DNA from: Tetramitus jugosus
Taxonomy: Eukaryota > Protista > Heterolobosea
Length of the DNA stretch: 64,000 nucleotides
NCBI GenBank assembly: GCA_937625935.1
Contig: OW569357.1
Coordinates: forward strand, 186,001 to 250,000
Direction of reading: 5' to 3'
Positions 10,654-21,200 of this stretch are shown here, piece after piece. The notes below the pieces were generated by a model. That model did not search any database and was not told where the DNA came from. It saw nothing but the letters and a program-made list of their open reading frames with translations. The position numbers and the translations under genes were made by a program. Each line of letters starts with the position of its first letter. The stretch's first letter is position 1.

Positions 10654-13600
10654 TTATTCTTCAACCATCAATTGCAAAAAGGGGTTGTGCAATAAATGAG
10701 CGTTGCCACTCTTTTGAGCTCTTGGTATCAATTGCTTCATAAACTTGAGGTATTCTTCTGGGAATTTGTTGGCCAACAGTTTCATCAGGAACTTTGCAGC
10801 AAAGAAGGCAACAGCTCCATTGCAATCCTCCAACAGTTGCTTAAAGAAGTGTATGCCAATGCTATCCAAAACTTGACGATTTCTGCTACACTTCTCAATA
10901 ATGAACAATATGCAGATGATCCTAACTCGCTCCACTTGCTCGACATCGGTGCCACGAATGGAAGAAGATGTGCGAGAGGATGGTGAGGACACAATAGCAC
11001 TCAATGATGTAAAGATAAAGTGTAGAATAGAGATGGATACTTCTTTGAGCAGTCTGAATGATACACATGACTTTCCAGAGAGGAACAGTGAGTACATGTC
11101 CATGTCGCACTCATTGACACTTCTGTGCGCATGGTTGGTTCGTTTCTTGTTGTTTGTTGTTGTGAGAGAATCGTCATCATGATCATCGTTATGATTGTAC
11201 ATGCAGTGATTCGTGCCATCGTCACACTCGCTGCCAATCATGAAGTTGTTTGCATGATGATAATGATCTTCGTTGCTGCATAAGCCACCGTGTATCATGT
11301 TATCATACGGACCATGTGATCGAGTATTGTCTCGTAGCTTGTTCTTGCCATTGCCTGCTGTTGTTGTGGATCCACTCGGGTTGGTCAACGAGATGGGATA
11401 CATGTGCACAAAACTCATGATAATGGAGAACATGTCCAACAGAACAATGGCAGACATGTTTGTATGACTCGTCAATCGCAACAAACTATTGTTCATCATT
11501 GTAAACAGTAGTTTGAGACGATCGGGATCACCATGAGATTGGAACTTTGACTTTTGGAAATGAATCAGACGATTGAGCGCACTCAAGTAGGCCAATTGAT
11601 CATGTTCGTCCTGTGATAAGCTCAAGTCGTTCATCAAAGTGTCCAATGATTGCTTCAATTTTTCAAAATAGGAGGCATTGGATTGATTGATGAGGCGTTG
11701 AGAGGAGGAAGTAGTCGGTGGCATCCAATACTGATTGTTCTTGTGAGGGCTGTGAAGCATATTCGCAGCACTACTGTTGTTGTTGTTGTTGTTGTTGGCT
11801 GATGCTTCATCCACCCACTTGAGCACAGAGAAAAACAAGTATTGTCCACTTCTCTGCTCCATTGAATCCTTGGATTTCAACAGAGAAGACAACAAATGGA
11901 TGCACGTGTGATAGTTGGACGACAATGAACCATCACTCTCATCATCATCATCACCACTACTACGGCTATTATTGTTGTTCATGGCAAGTCCAGTACTAAT
12001 GAGTTCATTGGCAATCTGAGAACACTCACTCTCCATGGCACAATAAGACTTTGCAATTTGATACATTTGAATACAAAAGGAGATAATGTTCTGTTGAATG
12101 GATTCTCTGACACTTGAATTGTGATAAAAGTAATTGTTGTTGTTCAATGTTAGTGGGCTATTGCTAGAGTTATTGTTATTGTTATTGCTATTGTTGTTGT
12201 TGTTGTTTGAAGTGTTATTTTGATGATATTCATTGAGATAGCACATGAATAGAGATTTGCTCAATGATTGAATCATGTCCAATGGTAGATAGATGAACAT
12301 TTGCTGCATGTGATAGGGAGCACTCACTTTGGCAAACAACTCAAACAACAAGTGATAGTAGTATGAATAGTGATAATCATTGTTGTTGCTGTTGCTGTTG
12401 TTGTTGTTGTTGGAAGAGGAGGATTGTTGTTGTTGTTGACTACTACTACTACTATTATTATTGTTGTTGTTGTTATTGTTGACCCATAGTTGATACCAAC
12501 AATACTCGTAAAGAATGACAAACAAATTGTTTCTGACATGAATATTGTGATATTGAATGTACATGTCAATGATGGATGAGATACCACCAATCATTTGCAA
12601 TTTAGTGTCATCCAAGTGATAACTGATGGATGTGTTTGTTGATGATTGATTATTGTTACTTATTGTACTACCGCTACTGCTGCCACCACCACCACCACTA
12701 CTACTACTATTGCTTGCATTATTCATGGGATCAATGACAGGGAGATCACCAACAGTGTTTGACATTCTCTTGCCCTGCAAATAAAAATGGTTCAAGTGAT
12801 GAATAGACATGATTGAATTGGTCATCCATTGAATCAACAATGACAGAGAATCGTTGCTACAATTGTTGTAATACTTGACTTTCATGTGATACTTCATATG
12901 ATGATGATGATGATGATGATGATGACCATGATGATTGTTATTGTTGTTGTTATTGTTGTTGTTGTTGTGATTGATATGAGTGTGAAGGTCTCTATTGCTC
13001 ATGTGATAAAGTTGAACAAAGTGATGAATGACTCTGACATCTAACATTTGAACCATGGACATGGGTATCATCATCGTTAGCATCATCATTGTTTGATTGT
13101 TGTTAGAATGGTTGTGATGATGATGATGATGAGAACCACTGTGATATCTATTGTTAGTACTGCTACTTCTACTTCTACTGCTACTGGAGCGATAATTGAG
13201 ATTCTGATGATTATTGTACAATTGTTGTTGATGCACACAATGATTGATAATGGTGATGAATGAGAAGAGACAGTGATAGGCACTGTTCCACACGAGTGCA
13301 TCTCTCTCATGATTCAACAACAAGAACAGAACCATATCACAATACTTTTGAAACAAATCCACGACAATCATCATGACATTCATGTGATTCATCACAGTGG
13401 AAATGGCAGCACTACCATTCACATTACTACTACTATTATTATTACTGTTATTATTACTGTTATTATTCTTCTGATGCTGACTCTTGTAGAGAGAGGAGAT
13501 CATGGCTTGAATCGTACCAGAGTCATCTACCCGTTCAATAGAATAGTGCAACAGATTGAACAGAAAATCAAATGAGTGAACCCTAATGTGAGCATGAGGT

Positions 13601-15864
13601 GATTCAATCATTTCCAAGAAGAAACTTGTCAATTGTTGTCTACTATGACTACTACTACTACTACTATTGTTATTGTTGGAATGAGTGGTGTACAGGGATG
13701 AAAAGTGATCCTTGATCAATCGAATCGATGATTGAATCATAATCTCATAATCAATCATATGACTACTACTACTACTATTGCTACTATCACCATCATGAGG
13801 AGAAGATTCATGACTATTGTTGTTGTTATTGTTATTATTGTTATTATGACTAGTAGTAGTAGTAGTAGTAGTTGTAGGAGTACTACTCTGATAATAATCA
13901 TTGGTCAGTAACATCATGTCCAACAATTCATTCAATGATGTTTGATCAGTCACATGTTGTTGTTGTTGTTGTGCATGATTCATCTTCACAGTACTATTAT
14001 TGTAAGGAATGAGAAACAAGTGTGACAAGATGCGATAGTAGAATGATGAAGAAGAAGCAGATGATGCCTCTGCTGTTGTTGTTGTGGCACCACTAGCAGC
14101 ACTAGTACTAGTACTAGTACTCACATGTGCAACATCAATACCACCACCATCCATCATTGAATGATTGTTGTTGTTGTTGTTGTTGTTGTGACTCATAAAA
14201 CCAGTGCTGCTGGATTTGGAATGATTCTTCTTCTTGCTTGGAGTGCTCTGTGGTGAATGCAATTGTTGTTGTTGTGTCTGTCTAGGTGATGACAATTGTT
14301 GTTGTTGTTGATTGACATCCTTCTTCTGTTTCTTGTATTGAATCACAGTATCAATTTGTTTCTGAAGTGAAGACAAGTGATTGATTTGTAGCATGTTGGT
14401 TGTGTCAATCTCTGGTGACTTGTCTTCAAACTTTGAATGTGTTTTGAATTGTGCACCCATGTATACATTGTTCTCCAACAAATGATTCTTGTTGTTATGG
14501 TGAGATGGTTGTTGTTGTTGTTGTTGTGAAGAAGAAGAATCAAATGTTGTTGTTGTTGATGATGATGATGATGATTGATACTTGTATTGCACTAGATCAT
14601 TGCTCATCATCATGGATAGCATAGTCATGTACAGGAGATGATTCTGTTGATCTGTTGTAGATGATGATGATGGCGATGATGATGATGGTGATGATGATTC
14701 CATGCTGAATCGATTGTGAAGATGATGATTCAATGATTGAGGTGATGATGAATCAAATTGACTATAGTACTGATTGGTACCACTGTTGGCAATGGCTGAT
14801 GATGATGATGACGGTACAGCAGTCGTAACAGTCGTAGTAGTAGTCAACACATCATTCACTGCATCACTAGCACTAGCACTAGCACTAGTAGTAGAATTGT
14901 TATTGTTGTTATTGTTGTTGTTGTTGGATGATGAGTAATCTCTAATGTACATGTTCCACTCTGTCAATGATGAATGATTGTTATGACTGGATGATGATAC
15001 TGATGATACTGATGATGATGACATGACTCTCTCAATATAATTCTTGATGAACACGAGTGTCTTGTTCAATAAAACAGGCAAAGTGATTTGTTGTTCGAAA
15101 GAGACACTAGCAGTCTTATTATTGTTATTGTTGTTGTTGTTATTGTTGTTCATCATGATACATTGATGACAAAAGGAGTGAATTTGAATCAGTACGGATA
15201 CACTGGGACGATAATTTTTCAAGAATTGTTTCATCAATTCCATACACTTGCTCATGATGATGACATGAGAATAATAGTAGGATGATGCATGTTGTTGTTG
15301 TTGTTGTTGATTGGTAGTAGTGGTGGTAGTGGTATTGGTGGTGATACTTGTTGATGAAGCACTCGTTGCATTATTGGTGGTACTTGTTGTGTCATTGGCC
15401 AACAACGAGATGTTGTTATTGTTGTTTGAATTGATGGATGATGATGATACGGATGATGATGACACAATGAGCATTTCTTGTTGTAAACATCGATTCAACA
15501 ACTCTACATAGACGACATCACACGTGTTCTGATTCATCAAATAATCTTCAATCGAATCATAAAACTGTTTGTATTCACTGTTGGGCTTATTGTCACAAAA
15601 GGTAATTTCTGTAATGAGGTCCTTGATGACATTCTGTACCATTCTGACACGGGAGATGGCCACTTGACCCATAAAGCTCATGGAAGAACGAGGAGTGCCA
15701 TTGTTACTGCCACCACCACCTCCAATGGATACTGATGATGATGATGATCCGAGCACAACATTGGGTGGTGGGGAAGGATGAGTGGGTGATGCGTTGTTGA
15801 CGGAGGAGGATGATGATGATGGAGAAGGAGAGGGTGGATTGGCGATGAGCAATGGCGTGGTCAT
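10654..15864 (-). CDS. Large helical protein with homopolymer inserts, resembling the plant CLoG1/At3g12590 family
   Basis: Probable ATG at 15864. Conserved-looking islands between poly-N/S/H/Q tracts: LEMIESP..IRVHSFDFLFNL, VWNSAYHCL, IGGI..RNNLFVILYEY, and C-terminal FFKQLLED..VAFFAAKFL..PEEY..AQKSGN..LLHNPFLQ. Confidence 0.6.
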   Translation of the reverse strand: MTTPLLIANPPSPSPSSSSSSVNNASPTHPSPPPNVVLGSSSSSVSIGGGGGSNNGTPRSSMSFMGQVAISRVRMVQNVIKDLITEITFCDNKPNSEYKQFYDSIEDYLMNQNTCDVVYVELLNRCLQQEMLIVSSSSVSSSSINSNNNNNISLLANDTTSTTNNATSASSTSITTNTTTTTTTNQQQQQQHASSYYYSHVIIMSKCMELMKQFLKNYRPSVSVLIQIHSFCHQCIMMNNNNNNNNNNNKTASVSFEQQITLPVLLNKTLVFIKNYIERVMSSSSVSSVSSSSHNNHSSLTEWNMYIRDYSSSNNNNNNNNNNSTTSASASASDAVNDVLTTTTTVTTAVPSSSSSAIANSGTNQYYSQFDSSSPQSLNHHLHNRFSMESSSPSSSSPSSSSTTDQQNHLLYMTMLSMMMSNDLVQYKYQSSSSSSTTTTFDSSSSQQQQQQPSHHNNKNHLLENNVYMGAQFKTHSKFEDKSPEIDTTNMLQINHLSSLQKQIDTVIQYKKQKKDVNQQQQQLSSPRQTQQQQLHSPQSTPSKKKNHSKSSSTGFMSHNNNNNNNNHSMMDGGGIDVAHVSTSTSTSAASGATTTTAEASSASSSSFYYRILSHLFLIPYNNSTVKMNHAQQQQQHVTDQTSLNELLDMMLLTNDYYQSSTPTTTTTTTTSHNNNNNNNNNNSHESSPHDGDSSNSSSSSHMIDYEIMIQSSIRLIKDHFSSLYTTHSNNNNSSSSSSHSRQQLTSFFLEMIESPHAHIRVHSFDFLFNLLHYSIERVDDSGTIQAMISSLYKSQHQKNNNSNNNSNNNSSSNVNGSAAISTVMNHMNVMMIVVDLFQKYCDMVLFLLLNHERDALVWNSAYHCLFSFITIINHCVHQQQLYNNHQNLNYRSSSSRSRSSSTNNRYHSGSHHHHHHNHSNNNQTMMMLTMMIPMSMVQMLDVRVIHHFVQLYHMSNRDLHTHINHNNNNNNNNNNNHHGHHHHHHHHHMKYHMKVKYYNNCSNDSLSLLIQWMTNSIMSIHHLNHFYLQGKRMSNTVGDLPVIDPMNNASNSSSSGGGGGSSSGSTISNNNQSSTNTSISYHLDDTKLQMIGGISSIIDMYIQYHNIHVRNNLFVILYEYCWYQLWVNNNNNNNNNSSSSSQQQQQSSSSNNNNNSNSNNNDYHYSYYYHLLFELFAKVSAPYHMQQMFIYLPLDMIQSLSKSLFMCYLNEYHQNNTSNNNNNNSNNNNNNSSNSPLTLNNNNYFYHNSSVRESIQQNIISFCIQMYQIAKSYCAMESECSQIANELISTGLAMNNNNSRSSGDDDDESDGSLSSNYHTCIHLLSSLLKSKDSMEQRSGQYLFFSVLKWVDEASANNNNNNNSSAANMLHSPHKNNQYWMPPTTSSSQRLINQSNASYFEKLKQSLDTLMNDLSLSQDEHDQLAYLSALNRLIHFQKSKFQSHGDPDRLKLLFTMMNNSLLRLTSHTNMSAIVLLDMFSIIMSFVHMYPISLTNPSGSTTTAGNGKNKLRDNTRSHGPYDNMIHGGLCSNEDHYHHANNFMIGSECDDGTNHCMYNHNDDHDDDSLTTTNNKKRTNHAHRSVNECDMDMYSLFLSGKSCVSFRLLKEVSISILHFIFTSLSAIVSSPSSRTSSSIRGTDVEQVERVRIICILFIIEKCSRNRQVLDSIGIHFFKQLLEDCNGAVAFFAAKFLMKLLANKFPEEYLKFMKQLIPRAQKSGNAHLLHNPFLQLMVEE

Positions 15865-16740
15865 GGTTTCAGTTTTGTTTGTTTTTTTTTGTTTTTTGCT
15901 TGTGTTATTCCTTTGTGACCAAAGCGAATCATCTTTCAATCAAGAGTTAGTTTGAGGCGCAATCACGGCATTGGCGACAGAATCACATGGTCCGTAGGTG
16001 AGCGTTCCCTGAGTGCAGCCAAAAAGAATGTGCAACGCATTGGGCAGACAACGAGACTGAGTCACATAAGATAGACACGACATTATTGATTTAGGGAAAG
16101 ATAGATTTAATAGATTAATACTCATGAGTTAACAGACTTCATTTCCGGAAATAACAATTTATAAACTATTTATATTAAAATTAATAATTAATCAATAATA
16201 AGTATTAAGGAGAGTATTAGATTCAAACTACATAGCATTATTTTCGAACTTCTGTTAGATATGTGAAATAAGATTACGTGCTTAATCTTTCATGATTCAA
16301 TCATCAGAATCGATTAACTTTCGGTATATTGTTCCTTATCATCCTCATTTATGTTGACTGTTTTTTATTACCAGCAAACACGATTTTTGGGTTTTGTTGC
16401 TCAGAGAACATTGTCAGCACTGCCGCGGTTAGATGGACCATTTTTTATGGTCACATCTTGAGCTTATGTGAATTCACATTGCTGTTCCTTCTTCATTCTT
16501 TCGGATCTTTGGCCAACCCCTGTAAATTCTCTAGGAAGATCCAAAAATAGTTTGACGGATACAATTTACTGAAAGGGATTCGAATACAACCTGATAAAAT
16601 GAAAAATAACAACTGTCAATTGTACAAGAATCTAATTCAATTCAGATTTGGAAAGATAAAAATCAAGTTGGTTGCCTTTGATACCAATTCCACAACAAAC
16701 CAAACCAAATTAATCTGAATAATCCTCTAATACCATTGAA

Positions 16741-17226
16741 ATGAAAGTTTTCAACATCATTGCCAGTTGCTTTTTCCTTTGCCTCATTTTGGGCACATTG
16801 AGTGTTCAAGGAACAGGTGTAGGTACTTGTCAACAGAAGGTTGCACTCTGCGCTGCTCAACCAAACACTCCATTGTGTTGCAGATGGACTCCCCCTCCAG
16901 TGAATGGAGTTCCAACTCCAACTCAAGAACAATGTTACAGCAGCACTCAATACAACTGTATCACTGATTTGTCAGTTGGTGATGCATGCTTGTGCCCAAC
17001 TGGTCTTCGATGCTGCAACAAGGCTTGTTATGATACTGCCATCCATACTTGTGCAGTCAACAATCAACCATCCTCTGGAGCACCTGCTCGTCAACTCTGC
17101 CCTGTCTCTGCTCCATTGTCTTGCAACGGTGCTTGCTACTCATCTCAACTCTTCCAATGTTGCCCAGGTGCTCCAGGTCAAGGTGGAAACTTGAGACCAG
17201 TTGGAACTCAATGCCCTGTGTTCTAA
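16741..17226 (+). CDS. Small secreted Cys-rich protein with CBM52/Carb_bind-like repeats
   Basis: Signal peptide followed by three C-x(3)-CY-x(6)-C-like units (CYSSTQYNC, CNKACYDTAIHTC, CNGACYSSQLFQC) with LCP linkers. Confidence 0.7.
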   Translation: MKVFNIIASCFFLCLILGTLSVQGTGVGTCQQKVALCAAQPNTPLCCRWTPPPVNGVPTPTQEQCYSSTQYNCITDLSVGDACLCPTGLRCCNKACYDTAIHTCAVNNQPSSGAPARQLCPVSAPLSCNGACYSSQLFQCCPGAPGQGGNLRPVGTQCPVF

Positions 17227-17702
17227 TCTCGTGATAGAGGAGAAGATTCTTCTCCGAAGAACTATTGATTGTAAATAGACTTGCCAAAGGAAACCAACTC
17301 AAGGACTAAGACGTTTCGGACCAGAATTCTGCAAACCAATAAATAGATCCTGTTTTTCGTGAACATTTTTTCTTGTAGATTGCGCCAGACGGAAACAGTA
17401 AACTGGAACTGGAACATGCGATTGTTCAACTACTACGAGAATATCAGAGCAGAGGATTATGAGCCCGAGCCTGAACACTTCCTAATATTCGAACAGGGAG
17501 CAATTACTCAACCAAAATGCAACAGAATATGCACGCAAATCCTTTAGTTGGTGAAATGTAAAAAGAACAGTAAAGGCACTTTAAGAATCCAAAAAGAGAG
17601 CTGTGGGTTTGCCAATGACTACTCAGTGCAGCAGCCGTTCCCAAATCACGCAAATCCCCAACCATTCTTAACTTTTTTTGCTTTCCTTGCCGTTTCCATG
17701 CA

Positions 17703-18137
17703 CACTAGTACGTAAGACGAGCAGCCTATCGATTAATACCCGTCAGAAGATTTTGGAAGCCAGTGACAGGTTATCAGGCGTTTCAACGATTGAGCTAGGG
17801 ATCAGACAATAAGAAACAGTTGAAATTAATTGAAGCAATGAGAAACACACTGATGGTCAGAGCTCAGACAATTCTTTAGTTCCATCTGTGGAGGTTCTGA
17901 GCAAGAGAGCTTGTTCAACAATGGGAAGCTGCGAGAGAACGTCAAATGAGTTTCCCTTCTGGATGTATGGTCGTCCATGGAGTTGGAGGAACAGAGAAGC
18001 TTGATTTGAAGGAGTTGCAAGTGTCTCATGAGGAGTCGTTTGATGCCAATTCTCGTGCCAAGGAGTTGGAGCAACAAATGATGAAATTGGCCAATGAAAG
18101 AAATACACTCGCAAGAAAGAAGATTATTGGGTTTTAA
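17703..18137 (+). pseudogene. Possible decayed coding sequence
   Basis: One frame reads like protein through scattered stops (RRAAYRLIPVRRFWKP..*..LKLIEAMRNTL..*..*ARELVQQWEAARERQMSF..KKIIGF). No GTATG intron was found to bypass the stops. Confidence 0.25.
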
Positions 18138-18289
18138 CAACCGCCAATCTCCGCTTCAAGAAAATGTGAAAAATGATGCAGCCCGCGCAAAAAAATTCTT
18201 GTGAGAAAAATATAAACACAAACACAAACACAAAAAAAAACAAAGTGTGCGAGCGTGTGTGAGGGGTGAGATCAAACAACAACAATATC

Positions 18290-21200
18290 ATGATCGTCGT
18301 GTGGAAACAAATTCAATTCTTCTTACTGTTATCGTTACTCATCATCGCATCACTATGTTCGATTCATGCCGCAAGTGTTGATGATGATGATCATCAATAT
18401 AAACTATCCCAACAGTCCATCTTGTTGCCCTACTATGGTAAACCATATGAATTGAAATTGGTCATGCACAACAACAACAATGATCATCAAGTGTGTGCAG
18501 ATTGGAAATCATCTGATGATTCTTCTCTTCACATTGTCAAGAGTGAATGCAATCGAGTATTCATTGAACCAGTAGTCTACTCCACTACTACTACTACTGA
18601 TTCTTCATCACATCATCATCACTTGATGAGAAGAGTGGCTCGCATTGTGGCTACATTGAACAATGGAGAAACATTGGAATGCACAGTGTTTATGGCACAA
18701 TTGAAGCGTATGTTGTTTTTTTTTACAGCCATTTTCAATAATCATATATATATATAGTTGTTGTTGTACTTGTACTTGTTGTACTTGTTGACTGACACAC
18801 ATTCACACACACACATGGCAACTCAATCACTTAGAGATTGAAATGGCAACTCAATCAAAGAAATTAACTGTTCTTCAACTGTGGGAAACTGTGTATTTGC
18901 AAGGAAGAGACAATGATGGTAATTTGTTTACGACTCTTGATGGATTTCATGTCAATGAATGGAAAATGTATGCGAGCGATATACACTGTTTTTTTTTATT
19001 GTATTCTCAACAACAACAAACACATGTGCTCACACAATAATCTTTAAAAAAAAAACAACAGAAACAACAACAAGATTAGAGTGATGGAACATGGTGCTAC
19101 ATGGGCAAAGTTGATGGGTATTCAAGCAGGTCACGTCAATGTATCGGTCACTGGTTCGTTTGATACCCAATCATCATCATCATCATCAGCAGTAGTCGTA
19201 CCAACAACAAGCTATGAAACAAGTGAATCATTCTTTGTCATGGATCAATTCAGAATTGCATCACCTACTTGTCACATTATCCTACCAGGCACCACTGTTC
19301 GTTATCAAGTAGAGAAATTATCATCAGTCAACAACAACAATAACAACAACAACAATCAACAGAATGAATTTGTTGCCATTAGTCACAGCAATGATGATTT
19401 CGAGTGGTCAGTAGAGAATGAATCCATTGGTCAAATGATTGTGGCAACAGGTGAGTTTGTAGCCATGAAACCAGGCATGACTCGCATCTTTTTCAGAGAG
19501 AAAAAGTTTGGAGATTTGAATGCTGCAGTGTTCCATGTGCGTGTTGCATTGCCAGACAAGACACACTTGTCACTCGACCATATCAACCACAACCATATCA
19601 ACAACAACAACAACAACAAGAAGCAACAAGACTTGGAACAACAACAACAACAACATGGCGAACATCTCATGATGAATGAGACGTATACTGCTACATGGAA
19701 CTTGTTGACCAGTGACAATCAAGTGATTCAGTGCTGGTCTCTCAACAATGACTATGAAATGAATTGGTCCATTGTGAACATGGAGGGACACGTCACTGGT
19801 CATGCACTGGAGAATCATAATGTCCAGATTCACACCAGTTTTGAACCATTATTGGATCAATACTCTTTCCAATTCAAGTCTCAACTCAAGCCATTGTCTC
19901 CCCATGCCATCAAGTATGGAAAAGAAGCAGTGGACAAGAGTGAGTCTACCTCTAGATTCATTGTGTATCAATTGTTGAGTCATGAACCCTCTTCTACTCT
20001 TATTATTCCACCCAATCACATTCATGTGTTGAATGTCAGGGGAGGATCAGGCAAGTATCACATGAGAGTGTTGGTGGATGCTGATCGTGATGTGTTGCAC
20101 TTGGATCATCACACCATGACCATTTCATCTCATGAACCGACACATGGATTCATTCCTGTGATGATTTATGATGCACATGAACCATTGAATCACATTACAA
20201 TTCAAGTCAATGTCATTGCACCAGGTGTGCCAAAGATTACTGGAATACGTGATGTGTTGGTGTCATCTACCACTGCATCTACTCTTGCTGCCTCTACTAC
20301 TACTACTACAGGTGTTGCGACTGTGACGACCACTGCCACGGGAGATGAAGTCTGTGTTCACATTGTTCCTCAGAGCAATGATCCACAATACTTGAACTAT
20401 ACCTCATTCAATTTGAAGGTTCTGATTGAAGAAACAAGAGAGAGAGACTATGGTGTGTTTGAATCACGTTGCCACAGCTCTTGTCCTCACTATCGTCATC
20501 GTGTCTCACCATCTCCATCACGTGACACTAGCAATGAATATGTGGCATGCTTCAAGGCCATGAGAAAGGGAGTCACCAAGTTCCTCATCTCCTACTTGTC
20601 CTATCCTGTAGTTGATATTGATACCTCATCAATCTCATGCGACACTGATGTCAGATCTGTTGCTGATCACAACAAGAAGAGAGCAACTACTGCAGTGAGC
20701 CGCGAAACTTCCAACAATTACAAGATTACATGTGGTGAATTCCTGTTGGGTGCCTATGAACCATTGAAATGGCTCCAATTCACATCTGCCACTGCAGATC
20801 ACCGCGATCATCAGGCCAGCACTGCAGCAGCCATCACTACCCTCGGTCTATCCAACAATCTGACCATTATCAATGGACCTGAGCCATGGGACGTGTACTC
20901 TGAAATCTCTGATCGCATGATTCACAACAAGAACCAATTGGCAACTCAACAATTGTCCAATCACATGAACAGAAGAATGTATGAGATGCAATGCGTGCAC
21001 ACTGGTGTTTCTCTTGTGGAGTTTGAAACGAGACACATTCATCACACCATTGATCAACCAATTGTGGACAATGTGAACACACTCGCTGCCATGGGACTCA
21101 AGATTAGCAAACAAGTCAACTGTCATCACCCATACAGCACAAAGTTGGTTCTCGTCAACAAGGAATCCAATCAAGTTATTGCAGATACAACTGGATCATC

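Noticed and set aside
10696-15511. Many short antisense or alternate-frame ORFs
   Set aside because: They are shadows of microsatellite-rich coding sequence (poly-I/V/M/C translations) with no independent signal.
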